Of a stretch of 64,000 nt of DNA, positions 35,032 through 44,629 are shown piece after piece. Under the pieces are notes generated by a model. It ran no database searches, was not told the origin of the DNA, and saw only the letters and a list, made by a program, of their open reading frames with translations. Made by a program: the position numbers and the translations under genes. Each line of letters opens with the position of its first letter. Within the stretch, counting starts at the first letter, position 1. Origin of the DNA: Diplonema japonicum (lineage: Eukaryota; Protista; Euglenozoa: Diplonemea); contig OZ025746.1 of the NCBI GenBank assembly GCA_964019335.1, positions 297,811-361,810 of the forward strand. The letters are read 5' to 3'.

Positions 35032-35996
35032 TTTTTTTTTTCAAACTTAAAAAAACCTGTATATCGGTGCTTGTGGAGAAAAGACTGGGTGGAATAAACA
35101 TATACAACACGGAAGTGCGCTACGGGCATTTAGAGATACTAGCCTGCTGCTCTGTACTATGGACGGGACGAAGATTTCACCTTGCGAAGCCAGGTTTGCG
35201 GCCTCACCCAGTGGCCAGCAGCATTCTTCCAAGTACCCGTGGTCTCGAAGTGACCACCGCGAAGCGCATCCATTGGCTGGGAACTTACTTCGAGATCGTC
35301 ATGTCTGCTGCTCGGATATTTTAATTATTTTGATTAATGAGACGTACTGGTAGATGGTTTATCCAAGAAAAAAAAAGGGGGGGGAACGAAGAAGAAAAAG
35401 AGGGCATGAAAACAACAAGTTTCGCATGTAACAAGAAAGGTTTAATTTCTTGATTGCCCGCAGAAGCGGTGTACGTTAGAAGCACGACGGAACAATACCA
35501 CTTCATATTTTCTTAAGACCGGTCAAAGGTAGTAAGGGGGCTAACTCTCGTTTTTATTACGAGTGCCCACTTTCGGGGTCGAGAAGTCGAGTTAAGTAAT
35601 GACTCATTATAATAAAAGAGGCGATTCCGTTGAGAAAAAAAATCGCCGAAAACCGCCCTTGCAGGGTACAGAGTTTATCCTACTTTCTGCAATAGGACCC
35701 GTTGAAAAGAAAAAGGGACAAAAAGAGGGGGGGAAAGCGGCTGCCTATACAGGCTTGAAGGTTCTCCCTGGCGGCGATCGGTGGGTCACACTTGCTTAAT
35801 GTTGCCGAAGCTAGAAAGCTCTGTGGGAGAAGCGCGTGCTATAAAAAAAGGGGGGGGGTTATGAGATAATCAGGAAAGGCGCAAAAATAGGGTTCGGTTT
35901 CTTTCCTTGTGTTTGCTGATGAATTACATTGCATGCCACAAGAGGAGAGCATCGGACTGAAGGGAGGAAGAAAGAAAAAACAAGACACACAAATGC

Positions 35997-38240
35997 CTAA
36001 TGACACGTCCCGCTGGAAGCTACGATGGCAGTCCCCGTAGCAGGGAGTACGCAGCGCACCTCTACAGGCTGTGTTTTATAGAAAGTGAGAACGACCTCTT
36101 CATGAGGGGCACCATTCACGACCACCTCCAGGTCACCGTTCTTGGGGTTCACGGAGGTCACACGCTGTGCCGAGACGGGAACCCACTTCGAAAGCTCCCC
36201 CAACAAAGCCCACCCGTTAGCATTCACGGGCGCTACGTATGAAAGGTCAAAGTCGTTTGACGTCTGCGGTGGCTTCAAAGGGATGGTGCCGCTCGCAGGA
36301 TCCAGTGGCATCACCACCAGCCCCGTGAAGGACTTCGTGTCCCTGCTGTAACACACAGCCTTCCCTGGCACGCCGGCTACTCTGTCCAAGGTTAGCTCTG
36401 ACGGCTTCAGCTTGTAGTCCGCAGTGACCATCGAAAAGATAATGTCGTACCTGGCGGTGCCAATGGTTGAATATGTGGACCACACGTGCCCTTCTGGTCC
36501 ATTGCCCCCGCCTCGTTTGTAGATGTAAGAGTCGAGGAACGTGATAGGCCTTGCAGGCTTCAGGAGGGTGCCATCGGCGCTGCACGACCTCATGATCATG
36601 CTCTTGTTCATGTACTGCATACCATCGCCAGGAGTCACGGGGCCTGTCGAGAGGGTCGCCACGGCAGCAGCCCTCCACACATCAGGGTTCGTGGTGCTGC
36701 CGCACGAGCCACCGGGCTCTTGTGTTGAGGACCAGAAGTTGTCTTTGTACGGAGCCAAGGCCACGGCATGTGCCAGGATGGACGACCCGCCAAGGTTCCA
36801 GTTGGCGGGTGCATGATTGCCGCCAGGCACGTAGTCGTCGCTGGCCCTTACTTGCGTCACAACAGGGACCTCCACAGACTGCAAGACATGTCGTGTGTAT
36901 GGCATGCAGTACTGTATCGTGAGACCGTTCTTCTCAGCAGCAGACCCCATCTGCAAAAGCCAATCTCTGGCCATTGTCGCGCTTCTTTGCAGGTACGGCA
37001 CACTGTTGAACTCATTGTACAACCAATCCTGTTCGTAGGTGGTCAGACCCCATGCTTTGCTCCTCTCCATTAGGAAATCCCAAAAATCTTGTGTTAGAGG
37101 CACCACGTAGTGGTTGGCACCGTCGTCGGAGAAATTGAACGGACCCCCGTTGTGGATAGAGTAGGAGGTACCGTGGTCCCAGTACCTGTTGTGCCCAATC
37201 ACCATCCACTTGGTCTGCTCGGTGAATGTCTTCAGGGCGTTGTCCCCACCAGGGGGGAAGGTGTCAGGGGTGGCGGTCCAGTTTGTAACGCCATCCTGCG
37301 GGCCCTTGAAGTACCACCAAGAGTCCAAGAGGATGTACTTAAAAGGGATATCCTGCTGTTGTGCCTTTGATTGGACAGCAAGCATGGTGGCCCCCATAGT
37401 CATGTTGGGGGCTGGGTGGTAGTAGTAGTAGGCACCGTGGTCGGTGTTGTAACCAAGGACCTTCAGGATAGGGTCAGCATCACGGTGCGCTGTGGTCTTC
37501 CCATACATTTTTAGAAGTGTGGCGCCCCACTCGCTCATTGCATTATTCACGCCAGAGCTGCTGTATGATATCATGGTGCTCACGCTGAAGCCCGCAGGGA
37601 TCTCCGTCACACCGCCCATGACTCCGGAGGCGAGGTTGCCATTTATCGACTCGAAGCTCTGCGTCATGAATTGGCTGGCGTGACTCAAAACAATTGTGTC
37701 TGAGGTGTCGAGATCGAAGACGGCGTGAGGTCCGCCGTCCTTCCCCGTAGAGGTGGTCTCGGGCCATGACCCAATTGCAGGGCCTGCATTACCGTTGTTC
37801 ATGAAAGTACCGCCCCAAGCCATGCACCCGAGGCTGAGAGCTGCGGGCTTCTGCAGTTTGAAAACGGGGAATCTTGAAGAAGTTGTATCAGCAGAGGTGC
37901 TCGAGTTGCTCTGCTTCATCCCCGTGGTGAAGTTCGTAGTAAAGGAGACAAGACGTCCGTGGTCGTACTGCTTGATGATTGCGTCTGCAGAGTAGGTAGG
38001 TGCTTTGTAAGTCAACACCGTCTGCTTGAACCCACCCAGTGCGTCGGATCCGGCTGTCGGAAGGGACACGACAGGCGCAGGAGACGACCACATGCCTCCC
38101 TCAAAGAACTCCGACCTTTCGCTCTGCAACCATGTCTTCCCGTTCACGAGTATGCGGTAGGCTCCTGTGGACTGAATTTCCACCTCGAGTGTGCCTTGCA
38201 CCGTGGCAATGCTCAAAAGCAGTATCAGGGTGCTGATCAT
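35997..38240 (-). CDS. Secreted putative glycoside hydrolase (clan GH-D-like TIM barrel)
   Basis: Signal peptide; YILLDSWWY, YEQDWL and RASDDY resemble the Asp-based motifs of GH27/31/36. The family assignment is inference. Confidence 0.6.
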   Translation of the reverse strand: MISTLILLLSIATVQGTLEVEIQSTGAYRILVNGKTWLQSERSEFFEGGMWSSPAPVVSLPTAGSDALGGFKQTVLTYKAPTYSADAIIKQYDHGRLVSFTTNFTTGMKQSNSSTSADTTSSRFPVFKLQKPAALSLGCMAWGGTFMNNGNAGPAIGSWPETTSTGKDGGPHAVFDLDTSDTIVLSHASQFMTQSFESINGNLASGVMGGVTEIPAGFSVSTMISYSSSGVNNAMSEWGATLLKMYGKTTAHRDADPILKVLGYNTDHGAYYYYHPAPNMTMGATMLAVQSKAQQQDIPFKYILLDSWWYFKGPQDGVTNWTATPDTFPPGGDNALKTFTEQTKWMVIGHNRYWDHGTSYSIHNGGPFNFSDDGANHYVVPLTQDFWDFLMERSKAWGLTTYEQDWLYNEFNSVPYLQRSATMARDWLLQMGSAAEKNGLTIQYCMPYTRHVLQSVEVPVVTQVRASDDYVPGGNHAPANWNLGGSSILAHAVALAPYKDNFWSSTQEPGGSCGSTTNPDVWRAAAVATLSTGPVTPGDGMQYMNKSMIMRSCSADGTLLKPARPITFLDSYIYKRGGGNGPEGHVWSTYSTIGTARYDIIFSMVTADYKLKPSELTLDRVAGVPGKAVCYSRDTKSFTGLVVMPLDPASGTIPLKPPQTSNDFDLSYVAPVNANGWALLGELSKWVPVSAQRVTSVNPKNGDLEVVVNGAPHEEVVLTFYKTQPVEVRCVLPATGTAIVASSGTCH

Positions 38241-38681
38241 TTTATCTTTTAGAAAACGCCTTCTTTTTAAACTGATGTTAGCTCACATTAAAAACACTTA
38301 ATGCACGAAGAAGGGAGTAAAAAGGAAGAAAAGAAAAAAGAAAAAAGGAAAAAAAAGGGGGGGGGAGAATAGTGAAAGGATGCACTGTGACATCCTTTGG
38401 GAGACACAACTAGACAAACTACTCCATCATGCGGCAGGGGTGCGCGACAACATCAACTTCGCCCATCCACCGTCCTGCCCCCTGAGGGCCGGGCCAGTGC
38501 ACCACACAGCACCGCGACAGGAAGGATGTTTTATCTAAAATATCAAACTACATTCACGGAGTCCGAATAGGAAATTGAGATGAAGATGAAGGAAAAAAAA
38601 AAGAGGGAAAAAGACGTGAGGTGGGAGAGAGCGAGAAGTAGCAACACACAAATGTTATCACAACGCGTAACCTGAACAGGT

Positions 38682-39167
38682 TCACAGCCTCACCCAGGCG
38701 CAGCCGTTGCTGAAGTCGATCCTTCTGCCGTCAACCTGAACCGTGCCTGAGATCCCGGTCATGCCAGTCTGGTAAGTAATCATCTGGCCGGTGAGGGTGC
38801 CAACCGCAGGCGACCAGCTCATCGCGGCACTGGTGCAGGTGAACTGGTTGCCCACTTGCTGGATCTGCACCCTGTCGGCGCCAGCTGCGTTCTTCCAAGT
38901 ACCCGAGAGGTTCAACCCGGCATTGGCAGCAGCAACAAGCTTCTGCTGGCAGTGGGGCCCGTGCTGGCCGGGGTGTGTTGCGCACTTGTTGCAGCAGTGC
39001 GAGGGGTGCACGCCGGTGACCTGGTTGTTGCAGCTAGCGCACTTGAAGGGCTGCTTCTTGCACATGGGACCGTGGTGCCCCGGGGTCATGTGGCACAGCT
39101 TGCAGCAGTGGGTGGGGCTGATGCCGGTAACACCGAAGTTGCAGGTAACGCTTGTGCACTTAGACAT
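38682..39167 (-). CDS. Small Cys/His-rich protein (two zinc-binding-like repeats) plus the shared C-terminal beta domain
   Basis: Two repeats of C..C...VTG..P.HCC..C...PG.HGP.C, then GTWKNAAGAD...WSPAVG...RRIDFSNGCAWVRL. Confidence 0.78.
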   Translation of the reverse strand: MSKCTSVTCNFGVTGISPTHCCKLCHMTPGHHGPMCKKQPFKCASCNNQVTGVHPSHCCNKCATHPGQHGPHCQQKLVAAANAGLNLSGTWKNAAGADRVQIQQVGNQFTCTSAAMSWSPAVGTLTGQMITYQTGMTGISGTVQVDGRRIDFSNGCAWVRL

Positions 39168-39516
39168 GTTTGTTGGTTTAGTGTTTTTTTAGAGAAATTA
39201 ACTGGATGAACTACTTTAGTTAGCGTGATAAAAAAGATGTAAAAGAAAAAAGGAGGAATAAGGAAATAAGGCACAGAAAACGATTCGCCTCGTTGTGCAG
39301 ACATGGCTCCATCAAAATGAAATAATATTGCAAGTGGGAATAAAAAAGCGAAAAAGTAAACTAAAAAGGGGTGAAGAAGGATAAATACTGCATACGAAAA
39401 CAGAGAGTCGAATAAAAAAGAATAAAGGTGACTGACATCCTCAAGAGGAGCCTCCCACGTACCAGGAAGCAGAGGTTGCTTCCATGGCCTGTATCAGTCT
39501 ATCGCCGGAAAAAATA

Positions 39517-39606
39517 ACGCTCCATATCCGCTAAGTGACCCAGAACCCGCATTTTGAAGAGCTAAAAAAAAGTTCTAATTGCTTTTTCTAGGGCTGGAAT
39601 GGATTT
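39517..39606. repeat. ~90-bp dispersed repeat (inverted copy of 10023-10114) at the edge of the TE-rich zone
   Basis: Direct sequence comparison with 10023-10114. Confidence 0.85.
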
Positions 39607-40229
39607 TAAAAAATGACCATTGACACTCATTTTGAACTACTATAGGGTAAGAAGAAACCCAAAGAGGTGAGGGTCACAAAATTCCAAGTACCTATCTGTG
39701 GTTATCTATGTAATTGTGTGTATTCTAAGTATCTGTGGAGGAGGAAAGGCAGGTGTGGCTCAGAATGGCATCAGTGCTGGAAGACCTAGTGAGTTTTGCA
39801 ACTGCTCACAAGGTGGTAGGAAGTCGAGGACAAAATGCTGCTCTGGCTTGTGAAGAAGGCAAAGCAGGGTGTTGCTCTGTCTGCAAGCAGTGATGGGTGA
39901 ATCCGGTCCAGTCTGGTGTATCCAATTTACCAGACTGACCAGTGTTGGTCCAGACCCTTGAGGGACTCAGGGGACTCCAAGGGACAGGACAGGAGTCCCC
40001 TGAAATTTTCAGGGGTCTGGAGGGGACTCAGGGGACTGGAGGGACTCAGGGGACTCTTGGGACCAAAAAATTTCTTTGTGTTTTTTGTGTCACAAAGGCC
40101 CAAATTTAGGCTGGGGCTTGCATTTTTTTGGCACTTTTGGTTTCAAAGGTTCAAAAAAAGAGGTCCTAGGTTTGGGTGGGATGTGAGGCAAGGCTCATAC
40201 TACCTTGTTGTGACTATGTAAAAAAAAAA

Positions 40230-40372
40230 TAGCTATTTACTGCCAACAAGTAATGACTTTACCATTACCTCGAGGTTCCGCATTTTACCGTCAAGGGCCC
40301 ACAGGGCCTGAGATGGTAAAATGTGGAACCGAGAGGTTGGTAAAGCATTACTTGGTGGTAGGTAAGTGGTTT
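40230..40372. repeat. ~140-bp imperfect palindrome (foldback/MITE)
   Basis: caagtaatg.ctttacca...ggttccgcattttaccgtc pairs with gatggtaaaatgtggaacc...tggtaaagcattacttg. Confidence 0.7.
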
Positions 40373-40943
40373 TATTTCACGACACTCAGAAATTACTTCA
40401 CCACGAGGGGCACAATGGGGTGACAAGAGAGGGGTTACAAAGGTTACAATACAAGTTGTTTTCCCTCCTTTTGTTGACTAAGAGCTGCCACTGTCACTGG
40501 CATTGCCACTGTCACCATCTCTAATCAGGCCTTCCCATACCTGGTGCAGCCACTGGCTCCTTTTTTTCTGCTGCTTCAGTATTTTGAAGTCTTTTGGGGT
40601 GCTTGGGTAAGCTGACTAAGTTACCCTTACCCACAGAAGAGTTACCCACAGAAACTGGGAACAAGGCCTAGCCAAAAGTGGGCAAATTGGGAGGAAAAAG
40701 TAGTCCAACTTGGAACTGAGCCAATTGAGCTGAACCTGGGGGGAAATAGCTAACTGAGAGGAAAAAGTAGCCCCACTGGGAACCGAACCAAGGCAAAAAT
40801 TGGCCTACCGAGGCATATTATTTAACGGAAACCCCCTATTACTTCACGGAAAACAGGCCATTATTTCACTGTGAAGTAATGAGATTTAGTGTGAAGTAAT
40901 GGGCCCCCCAGTGTGTGAAGTAATTTCTGAAGAGTGAAATAAA
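40371..40943. mobile_element. Nested TIR-bounded element
   Basis: tttatttcac....tcagaaattacttcac at the left is mirrored by gtgaagtaatttctga...gtgaaataaa at the right (16-bp perfect core). gtgaagtaat is repeated subterminally. Confidence 0.55.
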
Positions 40944-41974
40944 AAAAAAAGTAAAAAAATGTCAGGGGGGGTTTGGAGACCTGCTTTGAAAAAAATATTA
41001 AAAAGAGGCCTTTGCAAGAAAAATACAATGCAAAAAAAAAAAAAAAGAAAAAAAAAAAGAAATAAAAAAAGGGATGGGCAGTGTTTGCCAGACTGGTGGG
41101 GTCTGAGGGGTCTGGCCCACAAACCACCCCAACACCACAAATTTTCGACCACACCATGTGGTGTGTTGTGACATATTTACACCATATTTCGCATACCTGA
41201 TGTTCCACATGATGTATGCAACACAGGGTGCACAACACAGCACGTGTTTTATAACATGTACCACTATGCTGCACAGGGAAAAGCAGGTGTCACAAGGCAC
41301 CTCCTGGTGCACAATATACAAAAAAAAAAAAACAATAAAATTTCAGTGTGCATGGGGGTGCTGACTGTTGGTAAAAAAAAAAAAAAAAAAAAAAAAAACT
41401 TTTATCTTCTTTTTCAGGTGGTGGGGATAACATGAAAATATAAGAAAAACATCAGATGTGTTGTTCACTGTTGACCTCCTCATCTGTTATCACTGAGCAA
41501 ACCACACAAGCACAGAATCTTGGTTACCTGGGGTGCCCTGGCTAGGGTTGAGCTGAACACCACACACATTAAGGACATGACACAGAACACAGAAGAAGCT
41601 ACAACTTGGCTGTGGTGATTAAGGACACAATGCAGAATGCAGAAGAAGCTACAACCCAGCTGTGGTGCACCCCCTGTAATCAAGTAGACAGTTCTTGTGC
41701 AGGGCACTGCCAACACCAGCCTCCTTTAACTCTTGTATATTATTCCAAAGGTGGTGGGGATAGCATGAAAAAACATCAGATGTGTTGTTCACTGTTGACC
41801 TCCTCATTGGTCATCACCAGTAGCTCCTGAGTGGAAGAACATAATGCAGATGCTCAGGGTGACAAACAGGCAGCAAACTGCACAAGTGCTGAATCTTGGT
41901 TACCTAGGACACTCTGGGGTTGAGCTGTACACCACACACATTAAGGACATGGCATGGAATCCCAAGAACAACAA

Positions 41975-42450
41975 CAAGGTTGAGGTTCATCCTGGGGTGT
42001 GTGGACCTCAATAAGGCAACACTAGCTACCCCTACCCCTCCGTGTAGGTTGCCATCCTACAAGAAAATCATTTCAATCCTGATGGGGACTGAGTTCTGTG
42101 CAGAGTTTGATTTCAAGTCCTTTTTTTACCAGTTCAGACTGCCCCCCCACATCAGGCTGTTTTTTTCACTGAGGGTCAAAGGCAGACATGGGGCTAGGAC
42201 TTGCTTTCTGAGGATGACTCACCTGCCAATGGGCTATCAGGCTGCCCCACAGGGGGCTCAGCATGTGTCTGCCTCATGCTTGGATCTGCCATGGTTCATG
42301 GTACCCCTGGCTGTCATATTGCATGGATAGATAATAATTTGTTCTGTGCACCCTCCCTTCCTGCCCTGCAGGGCATATGCTCTGACTTTGAGTGCTTATG
42401 TCAGGAGTTCCAGATCATTATAGGCAACCGTGTTGCCCCTTCACCTTGAG
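41975..42450 (+). pseudogene. Frameshifted reverse transcriptase relic of DIRS-like (VIPER/TATE-type) retrotransposon
   Basis: RLRFI...LN...DFKSFFYQFRLP...RLFF...LPMGYQAAPQGAQ, then in another frame AWIDNNLF. A WIDN-type catalytic motif in place of YxDD is typical of kinetoplastid VIPER/TATE RTs. Confidence 0.7.
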
Positions 42451-43262
42451 ATCGTTTGCAACAACAAGGCCATGATTGGTGTGGTTGAACGTGGGTACTC
42501 CTTAGATGAGGATGTGATGCCCATGATCATGGATATCCAGATGGTACTGGACAGACACATGCCTACACGAGGCTTACCTGGCAGTGAAGGTGGACTGTGG
42601 AGGTCCTTTAGATACAAAATGTAGGGTGACCCAAGGTACTCTGGGCTCCTGTTTTCTTTGTTTTTCCTTGCACTCCTGCCTCTTAGGGGGCTGGCTGTGC
42701 ACAAACAACAATCAACTGACTCTTTTTTGCATGAACAAGAAAAACAATATATTGATAAGGAATTGTTATTGCTAAAAGAGTAGTGGTAGCATTGTTGGGC
42801 TTATCCTTCTACAGGTTAATCCCGGCTGTGCACAAACAACAATCAACCGACTCTTTTTTTCTTTCTTCATTTCTCATTGTTGTACCTGTGTAACATCTTT
42901 TCTTGTAGACATCTGTTTATATGTTTGAACTCTGCAGCAAAAAAAAAAGGGGGATGTGGTGTTGTGGTTGTATCTTGTCCAGTCCAGTCAGTCTGGCATA
43001 ATTGGGTTGAAATTCACACTGGATCTGGTCCAGTCTGGTCTAGTCCTAATTAGGATTCACCCATCACTGGTTGTCATGAGGATGAGTTACCCCTGAGATT
43101 TTTGGATTTTTACTTACTTTTTACTTCAGAATATAGTTTAGAGATGTGTATTCCACCTAAACACCTTTCTGAACTTTTTGGTTTGCAGAAATGGGTTTTT
43201 AAGGTGTTTTTAATATACTGTAAAACAAAATAACCAAATAATGTTGGATGGAAAAATTCTCA

Positions 43263-44272
43263 GCCCAGGCCCGATCGGCCAGTACTGACTCGGATTGTGT
43301 GGAGGGTGGCTACATCTATCTGAAGGGTACGGGGGTGGATGGCACCGTGGTTGAAGCCAACATATGCAGGGGTGAGCTCAAGGGGATGACCAGGCCCCAG
43401 TTCAAGTTCTTGGCAGAGCACAGGTTGATGGAAGAGCTGGGGAGTGACGACCTGGTGTGGGACACGGTCAAGGTGTGCAACAGGGAGAACTGGGCCCTGG
43501 TGAACAGTGTGGTGGCTTGGCTGCAGCTCGAGTCGGGGAGGGCACGGGTGGGGCCCATACCCCACAAGAAGAGGTCCAAAGGCTCACTGGCCAGATAGGC
43601 CAGCGGGGGTGTGGGGGGCTGGTCCCCCCCCCCCCCCCCCCTGCCATAGGAAGATGTGAATTTTTTTTTTTCTGAGAAAAAAAAAAGGGAAAAATAAAAG
43701 AATAGGGAACAGGTGCTACAACGGCCAGGCTAGATAGAACCACTTAGACTTTTTTTTTTTTTTTTCCTTTTTTTTTTCTTTTTGTTTTTCTTTTTTTTTT
43801 TTTTTTTCTGTTTTTCTTTTTCTTTTTGAAGTGGAACCATCTCGGTTGACGTTTTTTTTTTTTTCTTTTTTCTTTTTTCTTATGTGGTGATGTGTTTTTC
43901 CTGTTTTTGATTTTCTTCTTCCCCTGCTCTATGCTTTTTCGCATGGACATTGGTCACTCTGCCCCTTTCCCCTTTTTTGATTCTCCCTCTTTCCCCCTCC
44001 TAAATTTTACCCCCTGCCCCACTCATTCCTCCCTAGTATGTTTTTGAATTTGCCTCTTCTTCTTTTAAGCCTTTTTTGAGATTTTTATTTTTGAATTTTT
44101 ATCATTTAGAGTTGCTTCTTCTTCTTCCCCTCTCCCTCCCATAAAGAAAAAGAGAAACCCATGCCTTCCTCCCAGGTTGGAACTTGATTGTCTGTTTTGG
44201 AATATTTTTATTTTCTCTTAAGGTTTATCATGCCTTGTGTGTCTTTTGAAGGAAAAAAAAAAAAAAAAAAAA
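43263..44272 (+). mobile_element. 5'-truncated, diverged copy of the CRE-clade retrotransposon (ORF end, 3' UTR, A20)
   Basis: Matches about 49289-50293, with CpG transitions and homopolymer-length differences. Confidence 0.92.
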
Positions 44273-44274
44273 CA

Positions 44275-44560
44275 TTCTCAAGTCCCCCTTTTTATTTATT
44301 TTCTCAAGTCCCCCTTTTTATTTATTTTCTCAAGTCCCCCTTTTTATTTATTTTCTCAAGTCCCCCTTTTTATTTATTTTCTCAAGTCCCCCTTTTTATT
44401 TATTTTCTCAAGTCCCCCTTTTTATTTATTTTCTCAAGTCCCCCTTTTTATTTATTTTCTCAAGTCCCCCTTTTTATTTATTTTCTCAAGTCCCCCTTTT
44501 TATTTATTTTCTCAAGTCCCCCTTTTTATTTATTTTCTCAAGTCCCCCTTTTTATTTATT
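44275..44560 (+). repeat. Minisatellite: 11 perfect copies of TTCTCAAGTCCCCCTTTTTATTTATT (26 bp); repeated at 50296-50581, 56317-56602 and 62338-62623
   Basis: Counted directly; period 26. Confidence 0.95.
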
Positions 44561-44629
44561 TATTTACCCCTGGCACCCAGAATCCCAGCACCTGGGGCTG
44601 CAACCGGCACAAGGAGGCACCGCAGACGG

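Larger units (their letters stand above)
39888..43069. mobile_element. Non-autonomous DNA transposon with perfect 17-bp TIRs (hAT-like CAG terminus) carrying nested relics
   Basis: CAGTGATGGGTGAATCC at 39888-39904 and its exact reverse complement at 43053-43069. ccagact/agtctgg subterminal motifs at both ends. No 8-bp TSD is visible. Confidence 0.7.

Noticed and set aside
43248-43598. 116-aa ORF as an independent gene
   Set aside because: It is the 3' end of the truncated retrotransposon ORF with a fortuitous upstream ATG, and it carries CpG-decay mutations.
44275-44560. 26-bp repeats as a CRISPR array
   Set aside because: Contiguous identical units with no spacers, no cas genes, and a eukaryotic context.
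44237-44629. First 131 aa of the 1,795-aa track ORF, and the overlapping 220-aa ORF at 44188
   Set aside because: They start at GTG/TTG in the previous copy's 3' UTR and simply translate the A20 tail and the stop-free 26-bp repeat. The first ATG is at 44630.
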